IMG/VR virus record: IMGVR_UViG_3300046791_000499 | Span: 1-64,000 of that record | Direction: 5' to 3' (one strand) | Length of the DNA: 64,000 bases | Origin: a virus | In this document: piece after piece, positions 19,691 to 29,080 of the stretch | How the letters are laid out: each line of letters begins with the position of its first letter | How positions within the stretch are numbered: the first letter of the stretch is position 1 | Notes under the pieces: model-generated | Database searches by the model: none | Seen by the model: only the letters and a program-made list of their open reading frames with translations | Told to the model about the DNA's origin: nothing | Program-made: the position numbers and the translations under genes

Positions 19691-21512
19691 ATGGACCTGT
19701 CCAAGTATCCGATCGAGACTCGCGCACGAGCTGCGCTTCGGATCACCGCGGACCTGTACGCCAAGGCGCAGGCCGGGCCGAGCGAGACCCCAAAGTACGA
19801 GGCCCGGCGCATTGCGTTCTTGAAGGTTCGCCCTGCCGTCGTGCTGACGGCCGAGCGAGCCATCTTCCGGGCGTCCAGCGAAGCCCTCCTCGCCGCTGCC
19901 GAGTCCGCGAACGGCCAGGCGCCCGACGAAGCCGATCCGAGGCAAGCCCTCATCGACGCCCTGCTCCGCATCGCCAAGGTCCAGGACGATGAGTTCGCAG
20001 CCGAGTGCGCAGCCGTCGACGAAGGCGAGTTGGCCGTCCAACGGTTGCTCGAGCACGCCATCTCCAAGCTGAGCAGCAAGCCGGAGCGCAGGCCCGGTAT
20101 CCGCCTGACCTCGGCCCCGTGCGACCACGGACTTGTCCAAGGGCGCATGCGATTCGACTCGTGTGCCGATGGACCCGACCCGTGCCTCGCCGCCGTTCGC
20201 TTGGTCGAAGCCGAAGTGCGAGCAGGGCTCAGCGGACCCAGGGCGCCATTGCCCGTACCTCGTGATACTCCAGAGACCGAAACCCTCGCCAAAGACATCC
20301 TCTCACACGACGAGCCCCACCATGAGCAGCCAACAAGCTACCGCCAACAACGTGATCAGCATGCCCACCCCTGACCCCCGAGACACCCATGTCCGCGCCT
20401 TCGCTGGCATGCGTGCTCTCTACATGATCAAAGAGAAGCTCATCGCCGCTCAGGCTGTGGCCAAGGCGGACTGGAAAGAGAAGAAGTCGGCCGCGACCAA
20501 GGAGTACCGCGAGCCGATCCGAGACCAGTTCGACGCGATCGTGGGCGTGAACATCGACCTGTCCGGCAAGGACAAGGGCACGCAGACGATGAAAACGAAC
20601 TACGCGGAAGCGTTCATCGTGGTTGTCCGCGGTGTGAAAAATTACGACAACGTGAAGTCCGATGCCGATGCGGACAAAAAAGCACGCAAGGATCGCATCG
20701 ACGCGATGGAGATGGCGATCAAGGAATGCGTCAGCGCGGCGACCGTGAATCCCAACCAGGGCAGCCTCTTTCCGCCTACCGGCGGCTCCGTCGATGGGCT
20801 GGCGTGGGCGAGCGCGGCGACCCGCGCCGCGATGTTCACGTCGCTCAAGGAACTCGATCGAGACAAGGTCACGCTCGATTGCTTCCAAGAGAGCCTCTTG
20901 CTCGATCTCGGCGGCGCGGGGATCGAGGAACTCGACCTCGGGCTGGATGCGTCCACGGCGGTCGAAGCCGATGGCGTCGAAGCCGAGCCACCCACGGAAG
21001 GTGAGGGCGCCAGCGATGATGACCTTGGGTTCGACTAGGTCGCGGTGGCCAGTCTACGCGGCCGTGTCCGGTTTCGTGGCGTTCATCCTTTCGCTCATCG
21101 TGAGGCTGATCGGATGACCGCCGCGATGACATGGCTCGAGATCACGGCCGCGGTATTCGAGGGGCTACTGCTTCCAGCCGAGCACGCGGATCCCTGGAAA
21201 CTCGACCGCGTCAGCCCCGGGATCGAGGCAGCCGCGTTGCTGATCTGCGCGATCGGTCGCTGCGAGGCACACACCGGACTGCGCCCCAACCAGGTCACCA
21301 CGTCGGTCCAGCCGACGTTCGTGGCCAGGTACCTCGGGGCCGATGACCGAAGCGCGGTGCTTGAGTCGTGGCCAGGCGAGGATGATCCCGCCGAGGTCGT
21401 GCTTGGGCTTTCATCCGAGACAGCAAACGAGGCGCGCACACTGGCGCGCGATGCCGCGACCGACGACGCGCCGTTCTTGCGCATGGCTGAGTTTCTACGA
21501 GGGGAGCCATGA
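19691..21512 (+). other. Three hypothetical genes (19691-20374, 20323-21038, 21115-21512)
   Basis: Consecutive ORFs in operon orientation. Confidence 0.55.
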
Positions 21513-21889
21513 CAGATCACGACGAGCAGGCCGACCTCGGCCAAGCGGTCGCCGATGTCGATCGGCGGCTCCGCGTGTCGTGGCCATCGTCATACACGGC
21601 CAGCGGGCTCCTCTCGCACCTCCGGGGTGAGCTTCGCGAGATCGAGCAAGCCGTGCTCGATGCAGACGGCCGGCCGAGCATGAACGGTGAGGTCGTCGAG
21701 GAGTGCGGCGACGCGATGTTGCTGCTCGGGCGGCTGGCGATGATGTACGGCGCCAAGTCTGCACTCGAGCCCCTGGCCCTTGCGGTGCGCAAGACATGCC
21801 GGCGACTCGAGCACTTCGAGCAGTTGGTCAGGTCATCCCCACCTGCAGAGGCTTGGCGTGTGGCGAAGATATTAGCGAGGCGCAAATGA
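21509..21889 (+). CDS. MazG-like nucleotide pyrophosphohydrolase
   Basis: HLRGELREI...EVVEECGDAML ExxE/ExxD pattern. Confidence 0.7.
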   Translation: MTDHDEQADLGQAVADVDRRLRVSWPSSYTASGLLSHLRGELREIEQAVLDADGRPSMNGEVVEECGDAMLLLGRLAMMYGAKSALEPLALAVRKTCRRLEHFEQLVRSSPPAEAWRVAKILARRK

Positions 21890-21922
21890 GCGTGGGGCCG
21901 ACGGGCAATAAGGGTCAATCCA

Positions 21923-21931
21923 TGTTATACT
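21923..21931 (+). promoter_or_regulatory. Extended -10 (TGnTATACT) sigma70-like element just upstream of tnpB
   Basis: tgttatact in an AT-rich patch, 4 nt before ATG 21936. Confidence 0.55.
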
Positions 21932-21935
21932 CGTT

Positions 21936-22778
21936 ATGTTGATTCGGACGTACAAATACCCGCTGAGGCCAACTGCTGCCCAGCGGGCAGGGTTCGAGCG
22001 GTGGCTCGGCCAGAGCTGCGAACTCTACAATGCCGCGCTGGAGCAGCGTATTACTGGGTACCGACGTACGGGCAAGAGCGTCACATACAACGACCAAACG
22101 AGGCAACTGACCGAGTTGCGCAACGCTGAGCCGGAGTTCGGAGCGTTGCCGGTCCGGGTCCAACGCTCGGCCCTGCGTCGGCTCGACAAAGCATTTCAGG
22201 CGTTCTTTGGTCGAGTGAAGTCCAAGGCATCGAAGGCAGGCTTCCCACGTTTTCGGGCGCGGGCGCGCTACGACACATTTGGCATAGGCCGGGTGGGGCC
22301 CCGGCTGGACCAGGCCGATTCGAGCACCGGCCACCTACGTGTGGCCGCTCTTGGCCTGGTCCGGTTTCGCATGCGCCACGAAATGATCGGAGACGTCCGA
22401 GACGTCACGATCACGAAAGACAGCCGGGGTCGGTGGTTCGTGTGCTTCGCCTGCGATGTGGGCGAAGCGCCGCCGAAACGAACGGTGACCACCGCGGTGG
22501 GCATCGACCTCGGGCTGTCGTCGTTCGCTACGCTCACCGACGGGTCCGAGATCGCAAACCCACGCCACACCCGGACCGCCGCCGAGTCGCTGGCTCGTGC
22601 GCAACGCGTACTCTCGCGCAAGTCGAGGGGCAGCCGCTCGCGGGCGAAAGCGAAGGCTGCGGTCGCCCGCGTGCACGAGCGCATCCGCAACGCGCGACGC
22701 GACTTCCACTACAAGACGGCGCGAGCGCTGGTCGAACGCTACGACCTCATCGCGCATGAAGATCTGTCGATCGCCAGG
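21936..22778 (+). CDS. tnpB: TnpB (IS200/IS605-family RNA-guided endonuclease), N-terminal part
   Basis: RTYKYPLRPT, LYNAAL, GFPRFR, VGIDLGL (RuvC-I), AHEDL (RuvC-II); interrupted after EDLSIAR. Confidence 0.93.
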
Positions 22779-22862
22779 AACATCGAGTCCATCCACAACC
22801 ACTCGGCCTTCGCCCAGGTTACGTGGTCGCGCGAGCACGGCTTCGTGGGGACCAGGCCATGA
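22779..22862 (+). CDS. folE2: FolE2 C-terminal fragment (currently fused in frame to TnpB-N)
   Basis: NIESIHNHSAFAQVTWSREHGFVGTRP*; ESIHNH is the conserved FolE2 C-terminal motif. Confidence 0.92.
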   Translation, partial: NIESIHNHSAFAQVTWSREHGFVGTRP

Positions 22863-22988
22863 AGAACTCGGCTGCCAGCCGGTCGCCGCCCATCTCGTCG
22901 ACGATGATCCCGATCTCCCAACGGACCTGCTCCTGGTGAGCGTCTCGCTCGGCCCTGTTGCGCAGCCATGACGGCAAGCGCTTGGTCA
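22862..22988 (+). repeat. 127-bp direct repeat, copy 2, separating the dpdA ATG from codon 2
   Basis: Identical to 1-127; deleting 126 bp gives ATG AAG TTC TTC CTG CCC GAT AGC (MKFFLPDS). Confidence 0.93.
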
Positions 22989-23582
22989 AGTTCTTCCTGC
23001 CCGATAGCCGCGACTCGGTCGACACCACGTTCGACTTCACCAAGGAGACCCGCTCGCCGGACCGGATCCCGCGCGATGAACTCTACATCCACGAGATGCT
23101 CGACCGATCCGTGGATGGGCTGCTCGTCTCCTACGCGGGGCTCCGCGATGGCAGGTACTCGGCCGCGGCTCGACGTCGGTTCATGCGTGAAGGCGCCCGT
23201 GGGTTCTTCCGCGCGGCTCCGTGGATGAGTTTCATGGGGGACCCCGGCGCGTTCTCCTACATCAAGGAGTCCGAGCCCCCGGTCACCGTCTCCGAGGTCG
23301 CCGAATTCTACGGGTCCGTGGGGATCGATCTCGGCATGGCCGTCGACCACATCGTGAGCGGGTACTCCGACGAGCTGTTCGAGGATCCCGATCCCGAGCA
23401 GCAGCGACGCTATGATCTGACGCTCGCGCTCGCCAGCGACTTTCTCGCGGCCGCGAAGCCCCACGCGTTCGAGCCCGTCGGCGTCGTCCAGGGTTGGAGC
23501 CCTGCCTCCTACGCTCGCGCCGCTGCCGAACTCCAGCGCATGGGCTACGGCTACCTCGCGCTCGGCGGCCTGGTCAGGCTCA
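22988..23582 (+). CDS. dpdA: DpdA N-terminal half
   Basis: KFFLPDSRD, DGLLVS, MGDPGAFSY, AVDHIV, GVVQGWSPASY, YLALGGLVRL. Confidence 0.9.
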
Positions 23583-23891
23583 ATGGTTCATGGAAACCTG
23601 GCAAAGAGCATCCACGACGTGGGTTGGGCTCAGTTCATCACGATCCTGCACTGCAAAGCGGAAGAAGCTGGCGTGCATGTGGTCGCGGTGGACCCCAGGA
23701 ATACCACGCGTGAGTGCTCGAACTGTGGTGCGATCGTCCCCAAAGGACTGGGCGATCGCATCCATTCCTGTGACTGCGGCCTGACGTTGGGGCGCGATCA
23801 CAACGCTGCAATTAATGTCCTTGCCCGTGGCTTACGGGCGGTACCCGGCGGTGACGTCGGACCAGGGCCGCATCTGCGGCAGAGCCCGTGA
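23583..23891 (+). CDS. tnpB: TnpB C-terminal part (Zn ribbon + RuvC-III)
   Basis: LAKSIHDVGWAQF, VDPRNTTRECSNCG, CDCGLTLGRDHNAAINV. Confidence 0.92.
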   Translation: MVHGNLAKSIHDVGWAQFITILHCKAEEAGVHVVAVDPRNTTRECSNCGAIVPKGLGDRIHSCDCGLTLGRDHNAAINVLARGLRAVPGGDVGPGPHLRQSP

Positions 23892-24289
23892 GTCGCATGA
23901 TCCCGATCGGCGTTGAGATCCCAGCCGAGCAACTCCCCAACCTCGTGTTCGTGCGGGTGCTCGAGCAGTGGGAGGGCGAGCTACTCGGCACCCTGCGCGA
24001 GCCCACGACCGGCGCGGTGTGGCTGCGCAGTTGGGTCTCGTGCGACGCGACCGCGCATCGCTGGCTTTACTGGCGGGTCACCCCATCGTCGCTGGTCGAG
24101 TACCTGGACATGCGGCTGACGTTCCTCGCGCTGATCAAGTCGGCCGTGGGGGCGATGTACCTACGCGACGTCGAGGATGGGGCCGTGCACCGGACGGCGA
24201 CAGTCGAGTTCGACGAGCTTCCGGGAGGGTACCTGCCCAAGCCTGAGTGCTTGCCCGGCCCCATCCTGACGGACTGGCCAGCCGAGTAG
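23888..24289 (+). CDS. Hypothetical protein (DUF6575-like)
   Basis: WV..D....RWLYWRVT..L..YL pattern; GTGA overlap with tnpB stop. Confidence 0.5.
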   Translation: MSRMIPIGVEIPAEQLPNLVFVRVLEQWEGELLGTLREPTTGAVWLRSWVSCDATAHRWLYWRVTPSSLVEYLDMRLTFLALIKSAVGAMYLRDVEDGAVHRTATVEFDELPGGYLPKPECLPGPILTDWPAE

Positions 24290-25324
24290 AGCGGGCTGCT
24301 GAAATGCAACCCGCGGATGGTCGGTAGGTGGGAGCATGAGCAACGAGATCCAGGAGCGTGTCGACACGTGGCTGCTCGAGCGCGAGCAAGCCAACTGGTT
24401 CGCCCTTCCCGAGCGTAGCGTGAGGCGATCGGTTTTGCGGAAGCTGTGGCGCGATGTCTCCGCGCAGCATGGGGCTGAGTCCTTGCCCGCTGCCGGCGTG
24501 CTGCTCGGGCTCGCACGTGAAGCATGCCGCCGCGACGTCTTCGCCGAACACCACGGCGACGGCATCTGGCGCGTGCACCAGGCTCACCGCGAGTACGTGC
24601 TCGGCATGGGCCGAACCGAGATCGCGGCGCTCGTGAGTTGCTTGGAGCTGTCCGACCCATGACCGATCCAGCCAATGCCTACCACGCGTATATGCGGGGC
24701 TGGTCCGCGGGCGCGAGCATGAAGGCCATGGACCCGGCGTTCACGAAGCACAGCCAAGCGTACATGCGGGAGAACTACGAGGCCGGCTACAAGGATGGTC
24801 GTGTCGCTCGATCCGCGGCGTCGGAATCCGCAAGCGAGACGACCGGTTACAAGCCATCGATTCTCCGTGTCTGCGAGGGCGACTCGTCATGAGGCGCCTC
24901 GCCGACCTCGCAGCAGCCTTGCTGATCGCCAGCGCGCTCACGCAGCTCGCTGTCGCGCACATGATCTACAGGGCGATCGAACGCCCAGCACCAGGACTTG
25001 ATTGATGGACACCACCCAAGCCGAACGACGTCAACAGCTACGAGACCAACAGCGAGTTCGCAAGGAGCAGGTGGCACAAGCCATCGCCCAAGGCAAGATC
25101 GACTCGGCCTTGGAGGATCTTGTCGGGCTCCGCGAGAAGACGACCCGCGCAGAGCAGAGGCTCGACCGCGCCGTGCTCGCCAAGGTCGCCGCCGCGAAGG
25201 ACGGGATCCAGGCCAACACGCTGCCGATGGAGTCGCTCGACCGGCTTGGCGAACAATTGGAGATCATCGACGGCGGGCTCGTGCGCGTTCGCAAGCAAGC
25301 GCCGGCCGAGACGGAGGCAGCCGA

Positions 25325-26374
25325 GTGAACGCCGTCGCCACGCTCGGCACGGCCGACCAGATCGCAGACCTCGAACAACGGTTCGGGGATCTCGGCTTCC
25401 CCGGGCTCGACCTCTCCAGCATCGAACCCGGCGAAGCGCGGCTCGTGCCATGGACCGCCGAGGAGTACTTCGCGGACACCCTGTGCACGTCGCGATCGCA
25501 ACTGGACATCTTGCGAGTGCGAGGCCCACAAGCCTATGCGAACCGCCACGCCGCCGGCGATCGATCCACACCCGCCAAGCGGCTGGGCCGACTGCTCCAC
25601 ATGCGCGTGCTCGAGCCCCAGAGGTGGGCATCGCTGCTCGCACCGCCGAGGCCGTACCTGCCCATGGGTCCCACCCGTCCTGCACACGCCTATGGCAAGG
25701 CCAAGAAAGGTACGCCCGCCAAGATCGCGTTCGACCAGTGGAAGGCCGAAGACGAAGCGTGGAAGGCCGAGTGCGCCGAGCTGATGGCCGAGTGGGAGGG
25801 CAGCATCGGCCCCGACTCGATCATCATGACCGACGGCGAGGCCGCCAAGGTCGAGGGCATGGCGACCGCGATCGAAGGCCACGACTTCGCCCGCGGCATC
25901 CTCCACGAATTCCCCGACGGCGTGAACGAACAGGCGATCGTGTGGCGGCACCCCGGAACGGGTGTGCTGATCCGTGTACTCGCCGATCGACTGGTCCCCT
26001 ACGCCGATATCCGCGATCGGCCGTGCTGGTTCGTACCCGATCTCAAAACGACCAATGACCCGAGCGAAGACGCCTTCATGCGCTCGATCGTCAAGTTCGG
26101 GTACCACCGCCAAGGGGCCCTCTACCACGACGCCGTGCAGGCGCTGTACCCCGGCGAGATCGTGACCTTCGTGTTCGTGGCGGTCCGCAACGAGCCCGAC
26201 TACGAGGCGGCCACCTACCATCTCGGCATCGACGAACTCGCGTGCGGGCGCCGGCAGTACGAGAACACGCTACGAGAATTGGTGAGTCGGAAGGAATCCG
26301 GCAACTGGCGCGCCGGTTGGCAGAACGGGTTGCGCATGATGACGCTGCCCTCCTACGAGTACGAAAAGCCATGA
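25325..26374 (+). CDS. RecE/exonuclease VIII-like PD-(D/E)XK nuclease (DUF3799-like)
   Basis: SRSQL, GRLLH, EQAIVW, ADRL..DLKTT, YHRQGALY; adjacent to RecT. Confidence 0.85.
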   Translation: MNAVATLGTADQIADLEQRFGDLGFPGLDLSSIEPGEARLVPWTAEEYFADTLCTSRSQLDILRVRGPQAYANRHAAGDRSTPAKRLGRLLHMRVLEPQRWASLLAPPRPYLPMGPTRPAHAYGKAKKGTPAKIAFDQWKAEDEAWKAECAELMAEWEGSIGPDSIIMTDGEAAKVEGMATAIEGHDFARGILHEFPDGVNEQAIVWRHPGTGVLIRVLADRLVPYADIRDRPCWFVPDLKTTNDPSEDAFMRSIVKFGYHRQGALYHDAVQALYPGEIVTFVFVAVRNEPDYEAATYHLGIDELACGRRQYENTLRELVSRKESGNWRAGWQNGLRMMTLPSYEYEKP

Positions 26375-27312
26375 GTGAATCCATCGCAACCCAACAGCAC
26401 CAACATCCACCGACCCCACTCGAGACCTTCAAGCTCGAGATCAAGGGGCTGAGCAAACTCGTGCAGGCGCTGCTCAAGGCCGACGACGCAGGCCGCGGGC
26501 GCTGGCTCGCGGAGGTGTTCGCGGCCGTGCGAGCGAACCCGAAGTTGCTGCAGGCCGACCGGCCCTCGCTCCTGGACTCGATCATCCAAGCGGCATCGCT
26601 GGGGCTGAGCGTCAACCCTCTCCTCGGCGAAGCGTGGCTCATCCCACGCAAGAAGAACTTCAAGGACCGGAACGACCAGTGGCAGTCGCTCGTGCTGGTC
26701 AGCAACCAGACGGGCAAGAACGGCCTGATCAAGATGGGCTGGCGGTCCAAAATGCTCGACGCCATCCACACCGACACGGTCTACGACGGCGAGATGTTCG
26801 ACTACGAATCTGGGTCGAACCCCTACGTCAAGCACCGGCCGGACGTGTACGGGAAACTCCGAACCGGACTCACCAAAGACATCATCGCTGCCTATGCCTC
26901 CGTCTATGTGATCGGATCCACACGGCCAATCATCAAGGTTCTCGGGGCCGAGGAGTTGTACCGGATCGCGGCGATGTCCGGCAATCCGAACGACAACGAA
27001 TGGTCCGACGTGTGGACCGACCACTTCGCCGAAATGGCAGAGGGCGCAGCGCTCAAGCGCGTGTGCAAGAAGCTGCCGCGCTCCGACGAGCTTCGCGACA
27101 TGCACCTGTCCGTCGAGCGCGAGACGATGATCGACGTGGGCAAGGAGCCGCCACAGAGCGAGTACACGGAGCAGATTGCCGCCGCGATAGAGGCATCTGC
27201 CGCTCAACTGGTCCCCGAACCCGAGCAAGATGGCCAGTCGCCTGCAGCGAGCGCAAGGCCAAGGCCACAACCTCGCCGAACCGAGCCCACGCCACCGCCC
27301 GCACAGGAGTAG
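26371..27312 (+). CDS. recT: RecT-family ssDNA annealing protein
   Basis: SLLDSIIQAASLGL..LGEAWLIP, VYDGE.F, W..HFAEMA...KR..K.LP. Confidence 0.85.
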   Translation: MSESIATQQHQHPPTPLETFKLEIKGLSKLVQALLKADDAGRGRWLAEVFAAVRANPKLLQADRPSLLDSIIQAASLGLSVNPLLGEAWLIPRKKNFKDRNDQWQSLVLVSNQTGKNGLIKMGWRSKMLDAIHTDTVYDGEMFDYESGSNPYVKHRPDVYGKLRTGLTKDIIAAYASVYVIGSTRPIIKVLGAEELYRIAAMSGNPNDNEWSDVWTDHFAEMAEGAALKRVCKKLPRSDELRDMHLSVERETMIDVGKEPPQSEYTEQIAAAIEASAAQLVPEPEQDGQSPAASARPRPQPRRTEPTPPPAQE

Positions 27313-27321
27313 CCTGCGCCG

Positions 27322-28092
27322 ATGAAGCGAACGGAGCTGAAACGAAAGACCGCGCTGCGATCGACAAAGCCGATCGCTCGCGGTCGCGCCAAGGCGCTCG
27401 ACCGCACCGTGATGCCGGAGCCAAAGCCTCGGACTCGGGTGAAGCCGAAGAACGACGAGCGCCGAGCAATCGCATACGCTCGAAACTACGGAGGTCCTGA
27501 TGGCCGGCACGCCGACGTTATCCGATCGATGCCGTGTGCGTGCACCGGTCGGTCTCCACTCCCCGAGCACGACTGCTGGGGCCGGACCGTGGCGGCTCAC
27601 GAGGATCCACGCGGCATGGGCGGGCGCAACGGAGGCTGGGCCGACCTCGTGAATCTCTGCCACCGTCACCATCTCGAGGCTGGCGAGCGCCGGACCAGCG
27701 AGCGCGACGTGTTCAAGGCCCGCTACAAGATCGATCTGCGGCAGCTCGCCGACGACCTCGCCAAGCGGTACATGCCGGATCTCATCACCGCTTGGGCCGC
27801 GCTCTCGCTCGGCGGCTACGATCTAGACGCCCTGCTTGGCTGGATCCACCGACGGATGCAGCGCGAGGTCGAGCACCGCGCCTACGTCCGCAAGGCACAT
27901 TCGACTGCGCGAAGGACCGAGGAAAGCTGCGGAGCCGCACCCGGACGGTTTGGCTGCGTGTGGGATGGCTTGCCCGATCTCGACCGCGGCGCCCTCTCAT
28001 GGGCTGTCTTTGGCGACCTCGGCGTGCCGTACACGAGCGGGCCCGGTCATCTTGCGTGGGAACTCTGCGAGGCGGCTGGATGGCCATCATGA
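27322..28092 (+). CDS. Putative HNH-like Zn-binding nuclease
   Basis: MKRTELKRKT N-terminus; PCAC...AAH...LVNLCHRHH. Confidence 0.55.
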   Translation: MKRTELKRKTALRSTKPIARGRAKALDRTVMPEPKPRTRVKPKNDERRAIAYARNYGGPDGRHADVIRSMPCACTGRSPLPEHDCWGRTVAAHEDPRGMGGRNGGWADLVNLCHRHHLEAGERRTSERDVFKARYKIDLRQLADDLAKRYMPDLITAWAALSLGGYDLDALLGWIHRRMQREVEHRAYVRKAHSTARRTEESCGAAPGRFGCVWDGLPDLDRGALSWAVFGDLGVPYTSGPGHLAWELCEAAGWPS

Positions 28093-28432
28093 TCAGCGCC
28101 GACGTGGTCGAGGAGTACGCCGAGCGCTGGGCTCAGGCGGACAACCCCACGACCGCCGCCGAGCATGGGCTCGGTTCTGGTGCCGCGAAGCTGACCGATC
28201 AGCAGCGCGAGTGGCTGTTTCGATGGGCGCGCCATTGGGCTCGAAACCCGCCGGATCCAGGCCGACCGCAAGCCTGCGACCGGGTCGATCTCGCAGCCGC
28301 GTTTGGGCTGGCTGTCGGCTTCACGTGCGGCCGCGGTGTGGCGATCATCCCGGCGATCCGGTTGCTCAAGGCGGCGCTCGGTGGGAAGTGGCCTCGGGAA
28401 TGACGGCGCCTGCACCAGGGTCTTGCGGGAGA

Positions 28433-29080
28433 ATGGCCCCTCCATCGGACGCCCAAACCCGCATGCTCACCTCCACGGCCGACATCGCGCTGTGGATCAG
28501 CCGAGACGCTGCCAGGTCAGCCGGCTTGCTCGCGGACTGGGAAGCCGTGGCGGCTCAACCTGGCGCACAAGGGCTGTTCCTGCGAGCGTCGTACAGCGAT
28601 GCCCGCGGAGAGAGCCGAGAGGCGCTGCAGCGATTCGGCGACAGCGTTGTGACCAAGGTCTGCGGCGGCATCAACGGCTTCGCTTGGCCCTCGGGAGCGA
28701 GCCTCGAGTTCGAGCACTTCGATACGCGCGACACGTTCGGCGGGCTGACCTGGTCCTGGATCGGGATCGCCGAGTGCCAGCAGCTCGACTGGGCCGACGT
28801 TCTGTTCATGTGGACGAAGCTCCGCTCGAACCTCGAAGTCAGGCCGTTCGGTGCACCACGGTTCCTCCTCACGGGAACCGAGGCACCACGAGGTCTGAAC
28901 GGCCCGCTGATCGAGGCGCTCGCCCGCGCCGGTACACCTGAGACCGGCTACCTCGGTCGTAGCGAAGGCAATCAGTTCACCGCCAAAAACATCTTCGCCG
29001 CGACCCGAGAGGCTGCGGCGGAGATGGCCGGAGTCCAGCCAGAGAACGTCCTGTCCTTCGACCTGGTCGTGAGTCCATGA
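28433..29080 (+). CDS. Degenerate terminase-large-subunit ATPase-domain paralogue
   Basis: Parallels 40837-42573 (ADIAL vs ADIVL; WPSGASLEFEH vs WPGGATLEFRH; WIGIAECQQ vs WIGLEEATH; TKLRS vs TRLRT) but lacks Walker A. Confidence 0.65.
   Translation: MAPPSDAQTRMLTSTADIALWISRDAARSAGLLADWEAVAAQPGAQGLFLRASYSDARGESREALQRFGDSVVTKVCGGINGFAWPSGASLEFEHFDTRDTFGGLTWSWIGIAECQQLDWADVLFMWTKLRSNLEVRPFGAPRFLLTGTEAPRGLNGPLIEALARAGTPETGYLGRSEGNQFTAKNIFAATREAAAEMAGVQPENVLSFDLVVSP

Larger units (their letters stand above)
22779..23582 (+). other. 804-bp translocated block (folE2 3' end + 126-bp insert + dpdA 5' half) inside tnpB
   Basis: Removing it restores tnpB in frame; placing it at 3663/3664 restores folE2 and dpdA. 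Confidence 0.93.

Noticed and set aside
22779-23582. Intron, intein or IStron explanation for the tnpB insert
   Set aside because: The insert is plainly folE2/dpdA coding sequence that is missing from 3663/3664, and it has no splicing motifs.
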